From Eledone cirrhosa (taxonomy: Eukaryota): a stretch of 64,000 nt of DNA. The stretch spans positions 194,742,001 to 194,806,000 of the forward strand of contig OZ024740.1 in NCBI GenBank assembly GCA_964016885.1. The letters run 5' to 3'. The translations under genes were made by a program, and so were the position numbers. Of the stretch, positions 53,382 through 64,000 are shown in pieces (the first letter of the stretch is position 1; every line of letters starts with the position of its first letter). The notes beneath the pieces were generated by a model. It did not search any database, was not told where the DNA came from, and saw nothing but the letters and a program-made list of their open reading frames with translations.

Positions 53382-54189
53382 GAACAAAAAAATGAGAAAA
53401 TAAGGTTGTTTATGAAATTTCATCTTGAATCTCTTCAAATGTATCAATGGGGATAAGCCCATTGCTGGACCATGGAATTAATGAGTTAATCGGTCAAAAA
53501 ACAATAATCAATCATTTGGGTGGTGCTGAAAGATAGATTACCATATCTCCATGAAAAAAATCGATACGAATATTGATTTTCTTAATACATCCATGAGAAT
53601 AGAAAAAAAATAAAGGCTAGTTTTCAATAAGCAAATAAAGCACATAGAAAACTATAACTAATGATAAATATAAGTACAAACTAGAGGTGAAATTGTGGAA
53701 TATTTGTTAAAGAAAGAGGTGTGCAAGCTTGAAGAAATTGTGCATATTATATACAATACTCTCAGATTATATGTGCAAATGAACGTTCTATATTTCTGTT
53801 CAAAATCATTTTAAAAAATGTTTACTTAGTCTAAATTTCAATAGAAAATTAATTTGTGACTTAACTATAATAAACATGATTATAAATGAAGTTAAAATCA
53901 AACAACAATCAGAGTTGGCATGTGTTGTGTGGTTCAGTATCTCAACCCTTTAAAGTATACCTTGGACTGTATACTGCTGACTTTATTAATGCATTGAGCT
54001 TATTGCACCTTACCAAAACAAGAGTGGATTATTCCACTCACCTTATTTCTATATTGCTATATATAGAGAGAAATAGAAGCCTCACCATAACATTGACTAT
54101 ATGATAAAGTCTAATAATGGGGTGCATAAACCAGCTGACAGTAAAAGATAGATATCAGCAGACAACTTCCTTCATATATATATATATAT

Positions 54190-54650
54190 CATCTCATCAT
54201 TTTATGTCCACTTTTCCTTGCTTGCAAGGGTGGGACGAGTCCTTTTCAGCACAGCATCTCTCCATTCGTCATCCCCTCTGTGAGCTTCAGCAATCTGAGG
54301 TCAGCTCTCACCACCTCTGCCCATGATTTTCGTGGTCTTCCTCTTCTGCGTCTTCCTTCCACTAGGATTTCTTGGCACTTCTTTACCCAGCGGTCATCCT
54401 CCATGTGCATTCAATGTCCATACCAATGCAGTCTTCTATCCGGCACACTACGGATTATCCCTCTTATAGACAGTTTCACTCTCAACTCGTCTATGCTTGG
54501 TCGTTCATGCACATTGACATTGTACATCCATCGGAGCATGCTTGCTTCATTTCACTCCAGCCATCGCATATTCTCTGAAGTTGCTGCCTATGTCTCACTA
54601 CCATGCAGCATCGTCCATCACACAAACATCATATAGCTGGCCTTTCGTTT
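54190..54650 (-). mobile_element. Degenerate RTE 3' fragment
   Basis: Reverse strand matches the GSET/MLRWM/GRPRK region. Confidence 0.8.
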
Positions 54651-54659
54651 CTATGTATA

Positions 54660-54998
54660 TGGAGGCACATGGCTTAGTGGTTAGAGCATTGGCCTTGCAA
54701 TCGAAAGGTTGTGAGTTCAATTCTCAGACCGGGTGATGTGTTGTTTCCTTGAGTAAGACACTTTATTTCACATTGCTCCAGTTTACTCAGCTGTAGAAAT
54801 GAGATGATAGGAACTGGGGTCCATATCATTCCACTGCAAAGTGGTCGTGGAGGTGCCACGGCAAAAAAGCACCCAGCACTCACTGTAAATGAGGTTGGTG
54901 TTAGGAAGGGCATGCAGCTGTAGAAATCAAGCCAGAATCAGTTCCCGTATCACCCTTGCAAAAGGGAAAAGCGGACGTAAAATGATGATGATGATGAT
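54660..54998 (+). mobile_element. tRNA-head SINE with RTE-like 3' tail
   Basis: A box TGGCTTAGTGG, B box GAGTTCAATTC, CCTTGAGTAAGACACTT core, RTE-3'UTR motif, (GAT)n tail; inverted relative at 60910-61228. Confidence 0.82.
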
Positions 54999-55019
54999 AT
55001 ATATATATATACAGCTCAA

Positions 55020-55262
55020 AAGTGACACAGAGGAGACTGAGGTTAGCTAGACATGCTTACCGACATCCAGAGTTGACACTGCACTCAGTGCTTCTGTGGG
55101 AGCCTCTGCATGGACACACTGGAAGAGGAAGACCGAGGTTAACATGTGTTGATGCCCTAAGGATAGACACTGGTCTCTTGAAGGCGCAGGGCATGGCAGC
55201 GATAATTAGGGAGACCGCTGGAGAGAACTCGTCCATGGATCTCGGGAATTTTATACACCCTA
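55020..55262 (+). mobile_element. LINE (RTE-like) C-terminal fragment of another family
   Basis: RRLRLARH...LLWEPLHG..GRGRPRLT motif. Confidence 0.7.
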
Positions 55263-55279
55263 GATATATATATATATAT

Positions 55280-55930
55280 ATCAACATCATCATCATCATC
55301 ATCGTTTAACGTCCATCTTCCACGCTTACATGGGTTTGGACGGGAGTTTTCCCACTTGAGGCAAGAGTGGTTGTCTTGCTCGCATAGGACTGTCTGGCGG
55401 GTTTTCTATGGCTGGATGCCCTTCCTAACACCAACCACATTTACAGTGTGGAATGGGAGGTTTTTACCGTGTTACCTACACAGCCACATTACAGCGTGGA
55501 CTGTGTGTTTTTTTGTCATGACACCTACACAACCTCCTTTGTTTCGGACTGGATGTTGTGGTACCAACATAACTTTACATTGAATGGGGTGGGGGTAGTG
55601 GGACGGGGGTGTATTTTTGTTAGAGGTGTCTACTGACTGTGGTAGGTTTCACTTTGTACTTAGGTAAGGCGGGTCTTCTGCATTACTGTGTAGCGCCAAA
55701 GATCTCGGTCCAGTGACATTGTCTTGGAGAGGTGTAAGTGTGTGAGGTCAGAATTTATCAAGTCGTCCCAGGTTTTTCTGGGTCTGCCTACTCCGTGGCT
55801 ACCGTCTATTTTTATTGCCCTGCACTTTTTATACAGCTGTCGTCTTTCATGCGCATCACGTGACCATACCAACGTAGTCTTCTCTCGAGTAAACAACATC
55901 TGATCCCTCTTATTTCTAATTTTTCCCTTA
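55280..55930 (-). mobile_element. 5'-truncated copy of the 40.7-44.3 kb RTE family
   Basis: KCRAIKIDGSHG.GRPRKTWD.LINSD...KTRLT and 3'UTR closely match. Confidence 0.92.
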
Positions 55931-56654
55931 GTTATATATACATATACATGTGGGGTTGGTGAGGTTATGTAAGTGTGTTTGTATATGTACATATTCAGAT
56001 GATGTTTTCATTAGTATTTAAATTGCTATCAAATTTTAACATAAAAAGACTATTAGATTCCTCTTACTACTGTCGGCTATGTGATAAAAGTACAGAATAT
56101 AAGGAAATATCATTTATATAATTTGATTAAATGTATCAGAAATAAGAATATGGCCAATCTCAGTAAAGAATGGACATTTTGCAACTGAGTCTGCTAATCC
56201 AATATGTTGACCCATCTTGTATGACTTAGCTCTACTGTTGTACATTAAAGTAGGTAAGTAATGTTATTTAGTTGCTCTATTTATTTATTCTGATCGAGAC
56301 AAGTTTGACAAACGTGTCATAAAAAGATAGCGAAGAATGTGATGTATTTAAAGCTAGCTGAAATTAGTAAGCAACGTAAGTGAAGAAAAGTTCTGACAGA
56401 AATGCAATTATACGCACTTAAATACAGGCATTGAATAGAAAAATGGTAGCATCCTGTTGAGTTTAAGAAATAATTCAATGATAGATTGATATCTGTTTGG
56501 AAAACTTTGAAAGAATTCTTATAAGTCAAGATGGAAATTGAGTAGATTATGCTAGAATATAGAATATGTTTGATACGGACAATAGGTTTTAAAGATGTAA
56601 AAGTAGGTTCAATCCATTACTGGAAAAAAAAAGAAATGAAAAGATGTATATATC

Positions 56655-58730
56655 ATCATCATAATTTCATGCCCGCTTTTCCACACTCACATAACTTGGA
56701 CAGGTCTTTTTCAGCATAGCATCCCGCCACTTACCATGTTGCTTTGTCATCTCTTCTGTAAGCTTCAGTATGCTGAAATCTGCCCTCATCACCTTCCCCA
56801 ATGTCTTCCTTGGTTTTCGTCTACTGCAGCTTCCGTCCACTAGGATTTCTTGGCATTTCTTCACCCAGCAGTCATCATCAATGTGCATCACATGTCTGTA
56901 CCACAGCAGTCTTCTCTCTTGCACACTACTTCTGATTCCTCTTATATCTAGTTTCTCTGTCAGTTCATCCATGCTTTGTTGATGCACATTAAGATTACAC
57001 ATCTATTGAAGCATGGTCTCTTCATTTCTCCCCAGCCTTCACATATCCTCGACATTCATCACCTATGTTCCACTGCTATGCAGCATTGCACATCTCACAC
57101 GGGCATCATACTGCCAGCCTTTCATTCACAGAGAGAAGACTTTTGTTGTAAACAGAGGTAGCTCCCTGTTCATATTCTAGTTACTATGCTCTTAAAGCAC
57201 CCTCACCACTGCTAATTAGATCACCTAGGTTATAAAAGCTATTAACCACTTCTGTGGGTCCTTTCAGGGATTAAATAAAAGTTTATTTTACTTATATTCT
57301 TACTATCAAATCAACTATCCCTGTACATCTACCACTTACTCAATCTACCTATCTTGTATGTCTGCTAACCTACTAGACTGCTCGTGTAAACAAGATTTAC
57401 ATTGTGTATATCATTTAGTTTCTGCATACTCCTTTTATATATATTGGACAAGACCTTACTAAAACGTTGGTTTTTTGCCAAGTTTAATCTGAATCCTTTT
57501 AATTCAAAGTTCTGTTTCCACAGCTGAAATTTCTTCTCTAGTTCCATCACAGATTTAGCTATAAGAACTAAATCATTAGCATACAGAATTTCTCATGAAC
57601 TGACAGTCTTAAAGAGGATTATAATAAACCAAAATGTACTGAGAACTGAGCCCTGATACACTTCTACCTATACCTTGAATTCATCGCTATACTCACTTCC
57701 TACTCTCACTTTACTGACAGCTCTTCTATACATGACTTGCACAGCTATCACAAACCATTCTTTTACACCTAGTTTCCTTAAAGCCCACCAGAAGTCAGAT
57801 CATGATACTCTGTCAAAGGCTCTCTCTAGATCAACAGAAGCTAGATATAGAGGCTTACACTTAGCTAGAAACTTCTCTTGTAGCTGTCTCACTAAGAAGA
57901 GGGCATCTTTAGTACTCCTCCCTGGCACAAAACTGAACTGCATCTCATCTAATTTAACTCTTTGCCTAATTAGTTGTGCTAGAACACTTTCAGTCACTTT
58001 CATAATTTGGTCCAATTCTTTAAGCATCTATAATTCTGCCTTTCTAGAGCATCACCTTTTACCTTGTAGCAATTAACGAGTATACTGCTATGCCAGTCAT
58101 TGTGTATGACCCCACCTTTTCATATCTAATTGACTATACGAGTGCATAGTTCAGTTCCTATTTCCCCAGATACTCTCAGAATCTGAGCGACTATATCTGA
58201 GGGTCCAGCAGCTTACTATCTTCATCTCCTTGATTACTTTGTTGACCTTATAGCAGTCAATTTTGATAGCTAGTCCCTCAATTGGGTCAGCAGAGGGTAG
58301 TCTCTTCTTTTCTCTTATCTCAACATTCATTAGTTTCATAGTAGCATTTCCAGGCCATTCCCCAGTAACATCTTAATTCAGCACTGACTCTGCTTTGCAA
58401 TGCAGAACACCTCACACCTCTGATCTTGATGTTACAGGACATTGGAAACCTTTTGCTTTCAGTTATTTGTGTGCTATATATACCTGTCATCTAGCTTCTC
58501 TTTTGAATAATTGAAATTGATCTTTGTTGACTTCATTTTTCCTGTTTTTTCACCCCTGGCTCTTGGCTTTAAATTATCTATCCATTGTGCTGTTCCACCA
58601 CCAGGTCACCCTCTACCTGGCAGGTGCTTTGCTCTACCCTCAAGTCTCACCAGTAGCCTATAGTAGGTTGGCACTTGGGAACTTCCAATTACCCTCTATT
58701 AATTTATTTTATCAACTCTCTATAAACAAA
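56655..58730 (-). mobile_element. Degenerate RTE LINE (RT to 3' end)
   Basis: LDEMQFSFVPG.STKDALF, DLERAFDRV, RRLLWY; many disruptions. Confidence 0.88.
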
Positions 58731-59377
58731 AGGGAAAGATTACCATGATGGAATTCTTAAAAAAGAGCAAAGAGAACTGTAAAAATACAACAAAATATTT
58801 TATCCAGTACCCTAGCAACTGAATTTGCTGTATCACTGCTTTCTCTAGAATATCTCAATTTATACAAGAACTTCTGTTTTTAGCTTAGATGTAATTTTGC
58901 TGTACATTAGAATTCTTGCAGCAGAAATCAACCAAATTATTTCCAACCACTTGAATGTAGCAATAGGCTTGCAGTCATTTACTTTCTAATACAACTCAAA
59001 TATTTGCTGGAATTCTGTACCATATTTGCTATACTTAGCTGTAAATAGGTACAATAAAATATTAATTATGTCACTATAGAATTTAAACTAAATGCATAAC
59101 TGATAAGCTTTCTGTTAGGATTCAATGGTGAGCTTGATACTCAATCCCCAAACTCTATAACAAACTGCTGTCATATCTCTATGCAGAAGTGTCCCTGTAT
59201 AACCTGGAATAGATTTGTGTGCACTGTGACAAAACATACCAATCACAGTTGATAATGTGTATATATATATATATATACACATACATATATATGTTCAGAA
59301 GAAGTTGTTTTGGTAAAAACAGGAGAGCAAGAGAAAGCTTTCTACATTTGTAGCTTGTAGTTATGATGGAGATTCAG

Positions 59378-59610
59378 TATAATAATAACATTAAAAAAGA
59401 TGCTGATGTTACATAAATTATTTATTCATAATAAATATGTCAATGCTTCTCTTATGCAATCCATGATGTAATTTATGCATTTATTGCATTTGTTGTTGTT
59501 CCCATGACAACAACAAATGCATAAATTACATCATGGATTGCATAAGAGAACTGTTATGAATAAACGATTTATGTAACATCAACATATTTCTTAATATTAT
59601 TCTTATATAT
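59378..59610. repeat. Fold-back inverted repeat
   Basis: TTCTCTTATGCAATCCATGATGTAATTTATGCATTT and its reverse complement flank a second TTTGTTGTTGT/ACAACAACAAA stem. Confidence 0.88.
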
Positions 59611-60429
59611 ATATATATGTAAGTGACCTAGCAATCTGGTGATGGATAATAAATCTGCTAACAAAAGCAAAAGCAGAAGGCCTTGTTCTGGAGGAACTTC
59701 TGAATTGACAGGCCATAGGCTTATCTGTTGTTGGGTGAAGATGTCTAACAAAAGCTCAGAACACACCTATTAAGGAAGGATGAGTAGTGTTGTCAATTAA
59801 ACCTACCTCACTATTTGACTGGCACCTATTTTATCAACCATTACAGGCAGAAAGAAAATGTTGACAGCAGTGGTATCTGCACTCAAAATGTAAAGAAACA
59901 TAACTAGAGACATTTTCATTCTGTTCTATCAGTTCTAGCAATATTTGTTACTCTCTTCAGAATATACTGATATTTTTATGGTATAGTCAAGGGAAGACAG
60001 GCAACACATATGACTCTTTATAGGACCTGTATGACTGGTGGGAGGAAAGGAAGAAGTTATCTGTAGGCCAGACACATGGCTTAATTACTTGCATCGGAGT
60101 GAACTCTTCTAGAGTACACAAGGCCCAGGTGGTGGTATCAAAGAAAACAAAGGATTTATAGCAAACTTTATTTAACTTTACTTATCACTAACTCATTATG
60201 ACAGTTATCATGTTTTATACTGCTTTAATAAAAATAATCTATAAGCAAATGGAGTTGGCAGTGACAGATACAATGATACTATACATGGATTATATATAGA
60301 ATTTTAGTCTCTATGAATTTATTATTTTTCTTATATGTAACACACACACACATTCTCATTTTGTACTATATTCCATCTTGCTTTCGTTCTGCTATTCTCT
60401 TGTTCATCATATATATATATATATATATA

Positions 60430-60678
60430 TTGTAAAGTGGTCATGATGGTCACATAGCAAAAAGTGCCCAGCCAACACTGTAGAGTGGTTGTGAAGGCAC
60501 CACGACAAAATTCCCCCAGCCCCCACTGTAAATGTGGTTGTTGTTAGGAAGGGCATCCAGCTGCAGAAACCAGCCCAAATCAGTTCTCTATGTGCAAAAC
60601 ATAGCCTTGCCCACAACAGGACAACTCGTCTAACCCATGCTAGCATGAAAAATTGACATAAAATGGTGATGATGATGA
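60430..60678 (+). mobile_element. RTE-tail SINE/LINE 3' fragment
   Basis: ACTGTAAATGTGGTTG.TGTTAGGAAGGGCATCCAGCTG and (GAT)n tail. Confidence 0.7.
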
Positions 60679-60909
60679 TATATACTTATATATATATATC
60701 TGTATGTGGTTAACAGTTGAGATAAAGGAGTACTCAATACCGAAGGTTTCACCTGTTTGCCAAAGGATCATAAGATGCACTTCCTGACCCTGTGATAAAC
60801 AGGCAAAACTCCAGAGTAACAAAACCCACTATTTAGCATTAATAAAATGAATATATATATATATATATATAAACTGAGATGCAGCCATTATATATATATA
60901 TATATATAT

Positions 60910-61228
60910 TCATTTCATTTTACGTCCGCTTTTCCCTGCTTGCAAGGGTGGGACGGGAACTGATTCTGGCTTGATTTCTACAGCTGGATGCCCTTCCTAA
61001 CACCAACCTCATTTACAGTGAGTGTTGGGTGCTTTTTTGCCGTGGTACCTGCACGACCACTTTGCAGTGGAATGATATGAACCCCAGTCCCTATCATCTC
61101 ATTTCTACAGCTGAGTAAACTGGAGCAATGTGAAAGAAAGTGTCTTGCTCAAGGAAATAACACATCACCCGGTCTGAGAATTGAACTCACAACCTTTCGA
61201 TTGCAAGGCCAATGCTCTAACTACTAAG
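60910..61228 (-). mobile_element. tRNA-head SINE with RTE-like tail
   Basis: Reverse complement of 54672-54985. Confidence 0.82.
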
Positions 61229-63009
61229 CGAGGTTTTTGATATGAAATCGTGTGTCGAAACAAATATTAATTCTGGCAATATTACACAAATATGACCCTC
61301 CCCAAGTATAACAATATATATATATGTATATATATATATCATGGCTGCATCTCAGTTTTGAGAATTGCAATCTCTTAATCTTTTTCTCATACAGGGTTTG
61401 TATGAACATGATGTGCTAGCCCGAGGACTTAGATTCCTTTCTGCATATGCTGCAGTGAAAGAAAAGAGAAAAGACCATGTTCATGCAACACACATGAAAG
61501 TTGTTTAGACTAAGTGATATCTGTACTTGAAGTTTTTAAGTAAAGAAAGGCCTTGCACTGGACCAATCCCACTCTCTGAATAATGGTGACAGGTATCCAA
61601 AAAGAAGAATAAGTCAACATCATTGTCTACCAAAGAGTCGCATATTTTAGATCCGAGTTTTCCTTCTAGAATGATGTCTTAACAAGAACTAAGGAGTCTC
61701 TCAATGCCAGTGGGCTAACCATTCACTGAAGCACCATTATATAGATATCATTGTTTTTACGGCCACTTTTCCATGCTAACATAGGTGAGATGGGGTCTTT
61801 TGAGGCAGTATTTTACAGCTGGATGCACTTCTCTACATAGCTGTATGCTGAATATTAAAGCACATGAGTAGTACTCAAGCAGGACTGCACAAAAAAGTTG
61901 AGAATATTGAGACCTAAATAATGTTGATCCAAACTCACTTCTAATGATCAAATGTTTAACTTTATGCATTAGTCTGAAATATAAAGCGTTGTAATCTTGT
62001 TTAGGCGGACCTTCTCTTGAGAATCTGAAACACTACCAGTTGTGTCTGCTACAACACTGACAAAATAGTAAATGTCTGCTATCCGTGGATGGAATTGTGA
62101 TTAAAAATATAAAACAGAAACCAAAAAAAAAAAATAAATGAAACATAAAAACAATATCGACTGTATAGAAGGACAATTTTAGAAAATTCCCTGCTCTGAA
62201 AAGTGAGTAATGGAAAAATTAATATAATTGTTTCCTTCTCAATCTTTTTTTTATTGTTTACTTTTTATATAAATTTCATTCACATTCTCGAAAACAAAAA
62301 TTACATTTTTGCAACAAAATGGAACCTATCTATTTAAAACAAAAATAAACAAAAAAGTAAAAATATATACATCACCTCTTGAATCTATTTAGATTCAAAT
62401 GACCTTAATTCTTAGACAGAAAGAAAGAAAGTTAATTCCTATAGCACAGTAGAGTTTTTTTCTTTGAAGAATCTAAATATCACAGTTGGAGGCAATGAAT
62501 ATTTTACTCTCTAAAATGGTTCTATTAGCCTTAAACCAATTGAGCCAAAATATCGAAAGTACCGAGCATCATATTGCCACTTTAGTCTTTCTCTCTTTTT
62601 TCCTTATTTACTATTCCACGCTGAGAAGTATTTTAAGTGTCAGAGGCTTGTTCTAGCGACATAGCAATTTACTCGGTTTGTAACCGACAATTACTCTCCA
62701 AAGTCATTTCTTTAACTTGCCCTGAGGCCAGTTACATTTAATAGGATGAATATACATGACTGTAAATCTTCTTAGTCCAACAACTTATTTTACAATCTAT
62801 TTTAGCCGACACATACAATTTCAAGTAAAATGATTTGCAAGATACACAATTTCTTTTGGTGTTGGTGGATGTCGTAAAGGGTATTGGTAGATAGCACATT
62901 TATTTGGTGGAGCAGTTGAAGACTCTAGTCAAAACACTAGCAAGTTTATGTTATAAAAGCATCAGAATTACTAAATATTATCATTAATCTAATATTTAAC
63001 AGAATTTTT

Positions 63010-63195
63010 AGAGGGACAGGCAAAATACTATGTGGCATTTGTTCTGGCTCTTTATATTCTAAGTTCAAATCCTGCTGAGGTAAACTTTGCCTTTCGTCCT
63101 TCCAGGGTCAATAAAATAAAGTACCAAGAACTGAGATTGATATAATTGACTTTGCTTTTTCCTCCAAAATTGCTAGCCTTGTGTCTAAATTAGAT
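63010..63195 (+). mobile_element. tRNA-SINE copy
   Basis: AAGTTCAAATCC..CTTTGCCTTTC.TCCTTCCAGGGTCAATAAAATAAAGTACC core. Confidence 0.72.
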
Positions 63196-64000
63196 AACAG
63201 TATCTGGAAGATATGGAGTTTCATTCCTCATAGCAGCCAATGGCAACATCTATTTCCATCTTTAAGGGTCTTCACTTTTTATAAGCTATTTTATTGCATC
63301 TCCATGCATAAGCACACCATTTTGTATATTAACTTTATTCCCTCAGCGCTTCAAAAAGTCAGAGATCGACTACGTAAACACAATGTTTATTGACATTGAA
63401 AGGTTGTGGTGATTCAACTATCTAAGACAGTAAGAGTTGTCATGGTCCCTTGGCTTAATGGTTTAAAGCACCTAGACAATATCTGGGAGAGAAGGGGGTT
63501 CAATTCCTGATAGCCAATGGCAACTTCTTTTTCCATTTTTAAGTATCTTCCCCCTATTTTATAAACTATTTCATATCATCTCTACACATGAGAATGTGAC
63601 TCTTTATATTATCATTATTATTCAGTTCCTGTATTTTTATGATGTGCATTCATTGCATTACTGAGTTAAGCTCTGTATGCCTTGGATATGTGCAGTGTTT
63701 TGATTTGGAGTTACTATTTCTATAGTATTAAAAGTAGTTTACATGTGTGTAGTACCGAATAGTGTTATTATCGGTATGTTGTGCATACTTGTAGGCCAGA
63801 TTAGCAAATGCCAGGCCATCTCAAACAGCCCAGCCAAGGCAATGCAAGCTTATTTCATCCAAGTTGAGGTGAAATCAGCTCAGTCTGACCATAATGATAT
63901 CAGGCTCTCTCCTACCCTGTGCAAAATAAAAAATAAAGAAAAAACATCCAAACTACTTGCTCAGAGCAAGCCAACTCAGTTCAGTATATTCAAGTCCAGG

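Noticed and set aside
54660-54735. tRNA gene
   Set aside because: No proper acceptor stem; continues into SINE core and LINE-like tail, so it is a SINE head. The same applies to ~63445-63515.
58740-62900. Host protein-coding exons on the minus strand
   Set aside because: Only short frames with weak splice signals and no recognisable domain; not supportable without transcripts.

Overview
Eukaryotic (animal) intergenic or intronic DNA: AT-rich, dense in microsatellites and dominated by retrotransposons. The SINE/RTE repertoire resembles cephalopod (octopus-like) DNA, which is an inference. No host protein-coding gene is confidently seen. Main contents in order: (1) a young Penelope-like element (RT + C-terminal GIY-YIG, Asn-rich N-terminus) with a head-to-head inverted copy (1-5.6 kb); (2) a degraded Tx1/L1-clade element, then a young one whose 3' 996 bp is triplicated inside (GATA)n (12.5-18.9 kb); (3) Penelope and Tigger/pogo relics; (4) a near-intact RTE-clade LINE (APE-RT with a PHD finger inside the RT) preceded directly by 20.7 near-identical 496-bp tandem monomers, the whole 14-kb block bounded by (TA)n (30.25-44.3 kb); (5) a cluster of non-coding inverted/tandem repeats carrying at least three different type-I hammerhead ribozymes (49-53.4 kb); (6) many tRNA-SINEs and RTE fragments. 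All calls come from reading the sequence by eye; no database searches or folding programs were run.
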